Shown: in pieces, positions 48,022 through 56,345 of the stretch
How positions within the stretch are numbered: the stretch's first letter is position 1
How the letters are laid out: each line of letters starts with the position of its first letter
NCBI GenBank assembly: GCA_963784965.1
Contig: CAWATJ010000003.1
Span: 25,733 to 89,732 of the forward strand
From: an uncultured Thermoleophilia bacterium
GTDB lineage: Bacteria > Actinomycetota > Thermoleophilia > Gaiellales > Gaiellaceae
DNA: 64,000 bases
Direction: 5' to 3'
The notes under the pieces: model-generated
The model's database searches: none
The model's input: only the letters and a program-made list of their open reading frames with translations
Told to the model about the DNA's origin: nothing
Position numbers and translations under genes: made by a program

Positions 48022-49341
48022 CTAAGTTAGGAACACCGAGTGCGCTTCGTCAACCCCGGGCTGCGATCCCGGCTCGAATACGGTCGCGGACGGAATCGGG
48101 ACGATGAGCTGGGCGCCCCAGGCCGCGGCGTAGGCCAACTGGGCGCTGATCTCCTTCGCCAGATTCCACGGCAGGATGAGGATGAAATCCGGCCTGGTCT
48201 CGGCAATGCGCTCGGGCGCGTAGATCGGAATCTGCGTTCCTGGTGTGAACGTTCCCTGCTTGTACGGGTTGCGATCAACGGTGTAGGCGAGGAAGTCCGT
48301 GCGAATCCCACAGTAGTTCAGCAGCGTGTTCCCCTTGCCCGGCGCGCCGTAGCCCACGACCTGCTTGCCCTCGCGATGCAGGGCGATCAACAGGTCGAGC
48401 AACGCACGCTTGGATTCCTGCACGCGCTGTGCAAACCGGCGGTAGGTCTCGGGCTCACGGAGACCTTGCTCGTCCTCGCGGCTCAACAACCCGGTTACGC
48501 GGGAGGAGACGGGCAGGTTCTCCTCCACGTGTCCGAAGAAGACGCGCAGCGACCCGCCGTGGCTGGGAAGCTCCTCGACGTCGACCGTCGAAAGCCCGTG
48601 GGCGCCGAAGATCTCTCTGATCGAAGTCAGCGAGAAGTACGAGAAATGCTCGTGATAGATGGTGTCGTACTCGAGGTGGTCCAGAAGTCGGGCCAGGTGC
48701 GGGAACTCGAACGTCACCATGCCTCCGGGCGCGAGGAGCAGTTTCACCCCCGCCACGAAGTCGTTGATGTCCGGAACCTGCGCCAGCACGTTGTTGCCGA
48801 GCACGAGGTCTGCGCTCCGGCCGTCGGCAACGAGACGGCCGGCCAGTTCGAGCCCGAAGAACTCCGTCAGCGTCGGGACGCCGCGCTCGATCGCGGCCTC
48901 AGCGACGTTCTTCGCCGGGTCGATGCCGAGTACCGGAATCCCATGGGGCAGAAAGTGCTGGAGCAGATAGCCGTCGTTCGACGCAAGCTCGACAACAAGG
49001 CTCTGGCGGCCGAGATTCGCGCGCTCGACGACCATCTCGACGTATCCCCGCGCATGCTCCACCCAGGAGTCGGAGTAAGCCGAGAAGTAGGCGTACTCGG
49101 TGAAGATCTCGTCAGGCGCCACGAACTCCGGTATCTGCACGAGCCAACATCGCTCGCAGGCGCGCACGTGGAGCGGGTAGAAGGTCTCACCCTGTTCCAG
49201 TTGATCGGCTCGAAGCACCGTCTGGCAGAGAGGCGACTTTCCGAGGTCGACGACGGTCAGCTCGAGCGGCGCGTTGCAGAACCGGCACGTTCGAGCACCG
49301 GGCAGAGGATCGCTGTGGAGTGGTTTCTGACGAACATCCAT
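48022..49341 (-). CDS. NDP-hexose C-methyltransferase-like SAM methyltransferase, paralog of 41454..42743
   Basis: 439 aa; 'CRFCN...CERC', 'VVELASNDGYLL', 'DTIYHEHFSYFSL', 'VVGYGAPGKGNTLLNYCG'. Confidence 0.85.
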   Translation of the reverse strand: MDVRQKPLHSDPLPGARTCRFCNAPLELTVVDLGKSPLCQTVLRADQLEQGETFYPLHVRACERCWLVQIPEFVAPDEIFTEYAYFSAYSDSWVEHARGYVEMVVERANLGRQSLVVELASNDGYLLQHFLPHGIPVLGIDPAKNVAEAAIERGVPTLTEFFGLELAGRLVADGRSADLVLGNNVLAQVPDINDFVAGVKLLLAPGGMVTFEFPHLARLLDHLEYDTIYHEHFSYFSLTSIREIFGAHGLSTVDVEELPSHGGSLRVFFGHVEENLPVSSRVTGLLSREDEQGLREPETYRRFAQRVQESKRALLDLLIALHREGKQVVGYGAPGKGNTLLNYCGIRTDFLAYTVDRNPYKQGTFTPGTQIPIYAPERIAETRPDFILILPWNLAKEISAQLAYAAAWGAQLIVPIPSATVFEPGSQPGVDEAHSVFLT

Positions 49342-49402
49342 GTCTCAGCCCTATCGGCTGCTCGACACCGGAACACGAGCGCAGAAGTCGAACCTTCGCA
49401 TC

Positions 49403-50632
49403 TCACGTCACGTGGCCGAGCAGGACGCAGCCGTTGTGGCCGCCGAGCCCCATCGCATTCGATAGCGCCACGTCGAGATCGACCGCACGGGCTTCGTTCG
49501 GGACGTAGTCGAGGTCGAGCTCCGGGTCGGGGTTCTGGTAGTTGATCGTCGGGGGTAGCGTCTGGTGGTACAGCGCCCTCGCGCACATCATCGCCTCCAC
49601 GGCCCCGGCGGCTCCGAAGCAATGGCCGGTCACGGACTTCGTCGAAGAGACCGCAAGGTCGTAGGCGTGAGCGCCGAAGACCTGACGTAGCGCACGGGTC
49701 TCGGCCAGGTCGCCGAGCGGCGTCGAAGTCCCGTGGGCGTTGACGTAACCGACCCGCTCGGGCGCAATGCCTGCCGACGCAAGCGCTGTCGTGATCATCG
49801 CTGCAACTCCCGTTGCCTCCGGCTCGGGTTGGGCCAGATGGTGGGCATCGTTCGACGCACCGTACCCCAGTACCTCGGCGTAGATCGTCGCGCCTCGCGC
49901 GCGCGCCGCCGCCAGCTCCTCGAGGACGAGGATGCACGCGCCCTCCCCCATCACGAAGCCGGCCCTGGTCGCATCGAACGGACGCATCGCGATCGTCGGG
50001 TCGATCTCCTCGGCCACGAGTCCCCGCATCGCACAGAAGCCGGCAAGGATCAGCGGCGTGATCGCGGCCTCGGTGCCGCCGGCGAGCACGACATCGGCCT
50101 GTCCTCGCCTGATGGTCGCCGCACCCTCACCGATCGCAGTCGAGCCCGTTGCGCACGCCGAGACCGGTGCGAAGTTCGGGCCCATAATCCCGAGCTGGAT
50201 CGCGATCTGGCCGCTCGCGGTGTCGACGAGCGCCGACGGGATGAAGAAGGGCGAGACGCGATCGGCCCCGCGCTCGAGGAAGATGCGGTGCTGTTCGGCG
50301 ATCGTGGCGATCCCGCCGATCGCAGAGCCCACGAGGATCCCCACCCGGGCCGGGTCGAACCACTCGATACCCGCATCGGCCCATGCCTCTTGCGCGGCCG
50401 CGACCGCGAAGAGGACGTTGCGGTCCATGCGACGCGCCTCCTTGGGCGGGACGTGAAGATCGGGGTCGAACCCGCGCACTTCACCGGCGATTCGCACCGG
50501 GAACGAACTCGCGTCGAACGCCTCGATGAAGCCGATACCGCTCCGGCCGGCGACGGCCGCCTCCCAGGTCGAAGGCGCGTCCAGTCCGATCGGTGTCACG
50601 GCTCCGAGCCCGGTGATGACAACACGTCGCAT
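49403..50632 (-). CDS. fabF: Beta-ketoacyl-ACP synthase II
   Basis: 409 aa; 'MRRVVITGLGAVTP', active-site 'ACATG', 'NAHGTSTP', 'GHCFGAAG'. Confidence 0.9.
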   Translation of the reverse strand: MRRVVITGLGAVTPIGLDAPSTWEAAVAGRSGIGFIEAFDASSFPVRIAGEVRGFDPDLHVPPKEARRMDRNVLFAVAAAQEAWADAGIEWFDPARVGILVGSAIGGIATIAEQHRIFLERGADRVSPFFIPSALVDTASGQIAIQLGIMGPNFAPVSACATGSTAIGEGAATIRRGQADVVLAGGTEAAITPLILAGFCAMRGLVAEEIDPTIAMRPFDATRAGFVMGEGACILVLEELAAARARGATIYAEVLGYGASNDAHHLAQPEPEATGVAAMITTALASAGIAPERVGYVNAHGTSTPLGDLAETRALRQVFGAHAYDLAVSSTKSVTGHCFGAAGAVEAMMCARALYHQTLPPTINYQNPDPELDLDYVPNEARAVDLDVALSNAMGLGGHNGCVLLGHVT

Positions 50633-50660
50633 GAAGCGAAGAGCGTAGTAGCTTGCGGGG

Positions 50661-51695
50661 ATGTCGGATGCACCTGATCGTCCCGCCGAGCTCGATCCGC
50701 TCGTTCCGTTCCCTCCGATGGAGGCCGAGCTCGTCCGCGAGCTACCGGTCGGGGACGGCTGGGCCTACGAGCCGAAATGGGACGGATTCCGCGGCGTGCT
50801 CGAGAACGCCGGCGGTGAGCTACGCCTGTGGTCGCGCAACGGCCGACCGCTCTTGCGGTACTTCCCGGAGCTTCAGCCACTCGGCGCGTTGTTGCCGCCG
50901 CACTCGGCCGTCGACGGAGAGATCGTGATCGACATCGACGGCGCCGTCGACTTCGACGCGATGCAGACCCGGCTGCATCCTGCCGAGAGCCGCATCCGCA
51001 AGCTCTCGGCCGAGATCCCGGCGCAGTTCGTCGCCTTCGACATTCTCGCCTGGGACGGCGCCGGCACGTGGCAGCAGCCATTTGCAGAACGCCGCGAGAT
51101 GCTCGAGCGTATCGCGGCCGGTTTCGCGCTCTCGCCGTCGGTGCCGGACCCCGAGGCGGCGGCGGCCTGGCTCCACGAGCTGGAGGTGCTCGGTCTCGAC
51201 GGGGTCGTCGCGAAGCGGCTCGAACGGCCCGTCGAGCCCGGAGGTCGCGGGGCGGTGGTCAAGGTCAAGCCGGAACGGTCGGCGGATTGCGTCGTCGTCG
51301 GAGTTCGCTGGAAGTCCAAACCCGACCGGATCGCGACACTCCTCCTCGGCCTCTACGACGACGTAGGTGAGATCGACTACGTCGGCTCGGCCGCCGTGGC
51401 GGCAAGTCGTCATGCCGCGATCGCCGAGCAGGTGCTCCCGCTCCTCGACGCGGCCTCGGACAAGCGCTTCTCGGAGCCCAACCGCTGGGGTGGCAGCGGC
51501 CTCGAGGAGCAGCCGCTGCGACCCGAGCTCGTCGCCGAGGTGCGCTACGACAAGGTGCAGGGCCGACGCTTTCGGCACGGCACGAAGCTGCTGCGCTTCC
51601 GTCCCGACAAGGATCCACGGTCGTGCACGTGGGCCGAGCTCCGGCCCCCGCGCGACCACGGCGGCCCGACCGTCAGCGAGTTGCTCGCGCGCTAG
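50661..51695 (+). CDS. ATP-dependent DNA ligase (LigD ligase-domain / LigC-like)
   Basis: 344 aa; adenylation motif 'YEPKWDGFR', 'LDGEIV', 'GLDGVVAK', 'VKVK'. Confidence 0.85.
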   Translation: MSDAPDRPAELDPLVPFPPMEAELVRELPVGDGWAYEPKWDGFRGVLENAGGELRLWSRNGRPLLRYFPELQPLGALLPPHSAVDGEIVIDIDGAVDFDAMQTRLHPAESRIRKLSAEIPAQFVAFDILAWDGAGTWQQPFAERREMLERIAAGFALSPSVPDPEAAAAWLHELEVLGLDGVVAKRLERPVEPGGRGAVVKVKPERSADCVVVGVRWKSKPDRIATLLLGLYDDVGEIDYVGSAAVAASRHAAIAEQVLPLLDAASDKRFSEPNRWGGSGLEEQPLRPELVAEVRYDKVQGRRFRHGTKLLRFRPDKDPRSCTWAELRPPRDHGGPTVSELLAR

Positions 51696-51726
51696 CCGGA
51701 GGCGAGCGCGGGTAGCGGGTCGAGGG

Positions 51727-52752
51727 TCATCCCCCCTGCCCTCCCTCGCGCGGTCGGGCCCGGGACGGTTGCACGCGAGGCGGCTCGCCGGGCATCTTGG
51801 GGAAGTTCGGGGGGTACGGTGCCTCACCGACGCCGACCGCCTCGTCTCGCTCGACCCATTCGAGCAACACCCGTAGATCGCAGACGGTGTCGTCGATTGC
51901 CGCCTGTACGTCGCCGAGCGACGCGAAACGCTGCGGCATCGACGCGAGCGTGAAGTCTTCGGTCTCGACGTCGGGCAGTTCTTCCCAGTCGATCGGCGCG
52001 GACACGGCGGCGTCCGATCGCGGTCGCACCGAGTACGCCGACGCGATCGTACGGTCACGTGCGTTCTGGTTGTAGTCGATGAACACCTTCTCGCCCCGCT
52101 CCTCCTTCCACCAGGCGGTGGTGACGAGTTCCGGTGCACGCCTCTCGATCTCCCGTGCGAAGGCGAGCGCACAACGTCGCACGACCGCGAACTCCCACCG
52201 CGGCTCGATCCGGCAGGCGATGTGAATGCCGCGGTTCCCGGAGGTCTTCGGCCACCCCGTGTAGCCGATCTCGGCCAACGCCTCGCGCACGATCGCCGCG
52301 ACGGCCTTCGCGTCGGCGAAGTCGGTACCCGGCTGCGGGTCGATGTCGACACGCAACTCGTCGGGATGCTCGGTGTCGGCACGTCGAGACGGCCAGGGGT
52401 GGAAGTCGATCACGGCGAGGTTCGCCGCCCACGCGACCTGTGCGAGCTCGGTGACGCAGAGCTCGTCCGCATGCCGGCCCGACGGGAACGTCACGCGCGC
52501 CGCCTCTACCCAATCGGGGCGCTTCTCGGGCACGCGCTTCTGGTAGATCTGCTCGCCCTCGATACCGTCCGGAAAGCGGCGCAGCTGAGTCGGACGCTCG
52601 TGGAGGGCGCGGACGATGCCATCGCCGACCGAGAGGTAATAGCCCACGAGATCACGCTTCGTATATCCCGCTGCCGGAAACAGCACCTTGTCGGGGTTTG
52701 TGACCTTGACGACGCGCTCCCCGACCTCGATCTCGATGAACGGCGAGGCCAT
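51727..52752 (-). CDS. NHEJ polymerase/primase domain protein (LigD PolDom)
   Basis: 341 aa; 'VKVTNPDKVLFP', 'KTSGNRGIHI', 'VFIDYNQN' are characteristic of archaeo-eukaryotic primase (AEP)-type PolDom. Confidence 0.85.
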   Translation of the reverse strand: MASPFIEIEVGERVVKVTNPDKVLFPAAGYTKRDLVGYYLSVGDGIVRALHERPTQLRRFPDGIEGEQIYQKRVPEKRPDWVEAARVTFPSGRHADELCVTELAQVAWAANLAVIDFHPWPSRRADTEHPDELRVDIDPQPGTDFADAKAVAAIVREALAEIGYTGWPKTSGNRGIHIACRIEPRWEFAVVRRCALAFAREIERRAPELVTTAWWKEERGEKVFIDYNQNARDRTIASAYSVRPRSDAAVSAPIDWEELPDVETEDFTLASMPQRFASLGDVQAAIDDTVCDLRVLLEWVERDEAVGVGEAPYPPNFPKMPGEPPRVQPSRARPREGGQGG

Positions 52753-52862
52753 GGGCTAACCGTATCCCGGCAGAGCTCGTCTCTCACTATGGAAAGTAAA
52801 GTGATGCGAGGGCGTGTGGTACGCTCGCCCCCGCTTCGAGGATCCGACAGAGGAGATTCACC

Positions 52863-53741
52863 ATGCGCAAAGCGCTCATCGCAAGCCTCGCCGTGGCGGC
52901 CGCCCTGATCGTTGCGGCGACGGCCACCGGCCGCCCCACCGCACCGTCCGCCGGAGCGGCGATTCCCGGCTGCGGGAAGGACACCCTCGGCCTGCTCGAC
53001 TCTGCCACGCTCACCGTCGGCTCCGACAACCCGGCGTTCCCGCCGTGGTTCGGCGGGGCCGAGAAGAAGCCGTGGAAGGTCAGCAACCCCTATAGCGGCC
53101 AGGGGTACGAGTCGGCAGTTGCATACGCGGTCGCCAAGCAACTCGGCTTCGCGAAGAATCAGGTGGCGTGGACTTACGTCCCGTTCAACAACTCGTTCAA
53201 GCCTGGCAAGAAGACCTTCGACTTCTACATCCAGGAGGTCTCGTACAACCCGCAGCGTGCGAAGGCGGTCGACTTCTCGAAGAGTTACTACTTCGTCAAC
53301 CAGTCGATCGTCGGCCGCAAGGGAAAGCCGATCGCATCGGTGCGGTCGGTCAACGGCCTCAAGAAGTACAAGCTCGGTGCCCAGATCGGGACGACGAGCT
53401 ACGACTACATCGTCAACAGGATCAAGCCGGACTCCAAGCCGCTCGTCTACGACACGAACGATGCCGCGGTTCAGGCGCTCAAGACGGGCCAGATCGACGG
53501 ACTCGTCGTCGACCTGCCGACGGCCTTCTACGTCACCGCCGTTCAGGTGCCGGACGGCAAGGTCGTCGGCCAGTTCGGATCGGTAGGCTCGAAGGAGCGA
53601 TTCGGGCTCGTCCTGCCGAAGGGCAGCAAGCTGACAGCCTGCGCGAACAAGGCGCTCGACCGGCTGTGGGCCAACGGGACGATCAAGAACCTCCAGCGCA
53701 TCTGGCTCGCCAAGGCGACCGGCGCGCCTGTCCTCAAGTAG
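52863..53741 (+). CDS. Amino-acid ABC transporter substrate-binding lipoprotein (family 3)
   Basis: 292 aa; signal/lipobox region '...AAIPGCG', SBP_bac_3-like body. Confidence 0.85.
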   Translation: MRKALIASLAVAAALIVAATATGRPTAPSAGAAIPGCGKDTLGLLDSATLTVGSDNPAFPPWFGGAEKKPWKVSNPYSGQGYESAVAYAVAKQLGFAKNQVAWTYVPFNNSFKPGKKTFDFYIQEVSYNPQRAKAVDFSKSYYFVNQSIVGRKGKPIASVRSVNGLKKYKLGAQIGTTSYDYIVNRIKPDSKPLVYDTNDAAVQALKTGQIDGLVVDLPTAFYVTAVQVPDGKVVGQFGSVGSKERFGLVLPKGSKLTACANKALDRLWANGTIKNLQRIWLAKATGAPVLK

Positions 53742-53849
53742 CACGCGCTGAACGGGAGCCGCAACTCGCGGATCCTCGGCGGCGCGACCGTCCACGTCTC
53801 GAAAGAGGCGCGGACGGTCGCCATCGCCCTTCTCTCGACGGCCGTCTTC

Positions 53850-54596
53850 GTGGCAGCCGTCGCCATCGTTCTCACGCGCTCTCCGGGATGGGGCGCGTTC
53901 AAGGCGTACTTCCTCGACTGGAGCATCTACAAGGACAGCTTTCCGGAGATCCTCGACGCCTTCTGGCTGAACGTGAAGCTCTTCATGATCTCCGAGGTGA
54001 TCATCCTCCCGGCGGCGCTCCTGCTCGCCGTGTTGCGCTCACTTCCCGGGCCCGTGTTCTTCCCGATCCGGGCGCTCGCGATCGTGTACGCCGACCTCTT
54101 CCGCGGCATCCCGACAATCCTCGTCATCTTCATGCTCGGGTTCGGAATGCCCGCCCTCGGGCTCTCGTGGATGCCGCAGTCCCAGTTCTTCTGGGCCGTC
54201 GTCTCGCTCGTGCTCGTCTATACGGCGTATGTCTCGGAGGTGTACCGGGCCGGGATCGAGTCGGTGCACCCGAGCCAGGATGCAGCAGCGCGATCCCTCG
54301 GACTCTCGCACGGACAATCGCTCCGCTTCGTGGTCCTCCCGCAGGCGGTCCGAAGGGTGATCCCGCCGCTGCTGAACGACTTCATCGGGCTCCAGAAAGA
54401 CACTGCGCTCGTCGGCTCGCTCGGCGTCGTCGAGGCATTCAAGCAGGCCCAGATCGACCAGTCGGCGACATTCAACGGCACGCCGTATCTCGTCGCGGCG
54501 ACCCTGTTCGTGGCCATCACGATCCCACTTGCACGCTTCACGGACTGGCTGATCGCCCGGAACCGCCGCCAGCAGCAGGCCGGGAGGCTCGCGTGA
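53850..54596 (+). CDS. Amino-acid ABC transporter permease (HisMQ family); start uncertain
   Basis: GTG 53850 is the first canonical start, but hydrophobic coding-like sequence continues upstream in the same frame back to the substrate-binding protein (SBP) gene's TAG (53739-53741). Confidence 0.8.
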   Translation: MAAVAIVLTRSPGWGAFKAYFLDWSIYKDSFPEILDAFWLNVKLFMISEVIILPAALLLAVLRSLPGPVFFPIRALAIVYADLFRGIPTILVIFMLGFGMPALGLSWMPQSQFFWAVVSLVLVYTAYVSEVYRAGIESVHPSQDAAARSLGLSHGQSLRFVVLPQAVRRVIPPLLNDFIGLQKDTALVGSLGVVEAFKQAQIDQSATFNGTPYLVAATLFVAITIPLARFTDWLIARNRRQQQAGRLA

Positions 54597-55378
54597 CTCG
54601 CGGAAGCCCGACAGACCGGATGGTTGTCGACGACGGGGTGGCGCTTCACGTGGAAGGGTTGCACAAGGCGTTCGGCAAGCTCGAAGTCCTGCGCGGCATC
54701 GACCTCGACGTCGGGGTGCACGAGGTGGTGTGCCTGATCGGCGCCTCGGGCTCGGGCAAGTCCACGCTCTTGCGTTGCATCAACCTGCTCGAGCCGATCC
54801 AAGCGGGACGGATCGTCGTCGGAGGAATCGAGCTCACAGCACCTGACGTCGACGCCAACGCGGTCCGCCGGCGCATCGGAATCGTGTTTCAGTCGTACAA
54901 CCTCTTTCCCCACATGACCGTGCTCGGGAACGTCACGCTCGCCCCCCGCAAGGCATTGCATCAGTCCGGCAGCGACGCCGATGCCCGTGCGGCAGAACTC
55001 CTCGAACGCTTCGGGCTCGCCGACAAGCGCGACGAGTACCCCGACCGGCTCTCCGGCGGTCAACAGCAGCGGGTCGCGATCGTGCGGGCACTCGCCATGC
55101 AGCCGGAGCTCCTGTTGCTCGACGAGGTGACGAGCGCTCTCGATCCGGAGCTCGTTTCCGAGGTCCTGGACGTGATTCGCGAGCTCGCGGTCGGCGGGAT
55201 GACGATGGTCATCGCAACGCACGAGATGGGCTTCGCGCGCGACATCGCCAACAGGGTGTGCTTTCTCGACGCCGGCACGATCCTCGAGGACGGACCGCCC
55301 GAGCAGATCTTCAGCGCCCCTCGCGAGGAGCGTACGCGGCAGTTCCTGCAGCGGATCGTCGACGCGGGTCGTCTCTGA
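54593..55378 (+). CDS. Amino-acid ABC transporter ATP-binding protein
   Basis: GTG 54593 (GTGA overlap); Walker A 'GASGSGKST', signature 'LSGGQQQR', Walker B 'LLLLDE'. Confidence 0.9.
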   Translation: MTRGSPTDRMVVDDGVALHVEGLHKAFGKLEVLRGIDLDVGVHEVVCLIGASGSGKSTLLRCINLLEPIQAGRIVVGGIELTAPDVDANAVRRRIGIVFQSYNLFPHMTVLGNVTLAPRKALHQSGSDADARAAELLERFGLADKRDEYPDRLSGGQQQRVAIVRALAMQPELLLLDEVTSALDPELVSEVLDVIRELAVGGMTMVIATHEMGFARDIANRVCFLDAGTILEDGPPEQIFSAPREERTRQFLQRIVDAGRL

Positions 55379-55392
55379 ACTAAGCTTATTCC

Positions 55393-55689
55393 ATGTTGGA
55401 TCAGTCGAAGAACATCGACTCGTCGCTCGAGCCACTCGACGAGTACATCGTCATCCAGCCCGTCAGCGACGAGACCGAGACACGCGCTGGATTGATCCTG
55501 CCGGCCTCTGCGGCCTCTACGGTCGCCGTCCGAACGGGCATCGTCACGGCCGTCGGCTCCGAACCGAACGGGATCGAGCGCGGCGACAAGGTGCTCTATC
55601 CGCACGAGGCGGGCTACGACGTGCGCCTGGGAGGCATCGAGGTCAAGGTGCTGAAGCGCTCCGAGCTGATCGGCCGCATTCACGACTGA
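55393..55689 (+). CDS. GroES-like co-chaperonin (Cpn10 family), divergent
   Basis: 98 aa; 'LEPLDEYIVIQP...ETRAGLILP...GIVTAVG...GDKVLY' follows the Cpn10 pattern; no groEL adjacent. Confidence 0.7.
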   Translation: MLDQSKNIDSSLEPLDEYIVIQPVSDETETRAGLILPASAASTVAVRTGIVTAVGSEPNGIERGDKVLYPHEAGYDVRLGGIEVKVLKRSELIGRIHD

Positions 55690-55801
55690 CCGCATCGCCT
55701 GCTCGCCGACACTCGCTCGCCACGTGCCGGCGAAATCGATCGAGCCCTGCTTCTCGGCTCTCCAGGTGATCGAAGCGGCGTCCGATATCCTCTCCCGACC
55801 G

Positions 55802-55892
55802 GGAGAAGTGGCCGAGTGGCTGAAGGCGGCGCCCTGCTAAGGCGTTATGGGGGTGAACTCCTCCATCGAGGGTTCGAATCCCTCCTTCTCCG
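55802..55892 (+). tRNA. tRNA-Ser (anticodon GCT)
   Basis: Manual fold: acceptor GGAGAAG/CTTCTCC, anticodon arm GCGCC-CTGCTAA-GGCGT, long variable arm, T arm GAGGG-TTCGAAT-CCCTC; 91 nt. Confidence 0.9.
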
Positions 55893-55895
55893 CTT

Positions 55896-55931
55896 CGTGT
55901 AATGGGCCCGCCCGAGCGGGCCCATTACACG
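55896..55931 (+). terminator. Hairpin immediately after tRNA-Ser(GCT)
   Basis: Perfect 16-bp stem CGTGTAATGGGCCCGC / GCGGGCCCATTACACG with 4-nt loop. Confidence 0.6.
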
Positions 55932-56060
55932 AGGCGGAGCCGCCCGGCTTCAGCCAGGCGAGAGCTCCGCGCCGACCGTCGCGTCCTCAGCGTCCGTCCG
56001 TTAACACAGCCGCAACCGAGATCACAGGGCGCTCTCAGCAGCGCCAGCTTTCATGGAGAC

Positions 56061-56345
56061 GTGTCCGCTTCACCCTCCTCCTCCCGCCTCGCCCCCGCCC
56101 GCCGCCGCGCCCGGTTCCTGAAGGTCGCGTCGGCGGGCACGGCGGTGGCGGTGTTCGGCGCCGTCTCGATACTCGTCCGCGGGGGGCACACCGGCGCCGG
56201 GGGGACGCCGGCCGCCACCGGTGGTCTGGGGGTCTCGGCACGCATCACACAGGAGGCCCAGCAAACCGACTCCTTCTTCCAGTCCGGCTCCGTTGCTCCC
56301 TCGCAGCCGTCAAGCCCTCCCCAGGCGTCGACGCAGACATCATGA
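56061..56345 (+). CDS. Small Tat-signal protein (hypothetical)
   Basis: GTG 56061; 'RRRARFLKVASAGTAVAVFGAV' matches the twin-arginine consensus (RRxFLK + hydrophobic stretch); high third-position GC; its stop overlaps the apbE ATG (ATGA). Confidence 0.45.
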   Translation: MSASPSSSRLAPARRRARFLKVASAGTAVAVFGAVSILVRGGHTGAGGTPAATGGLGVSARITQEAQQTDSFFQSGSVAPSQPSSPPQASTQTS

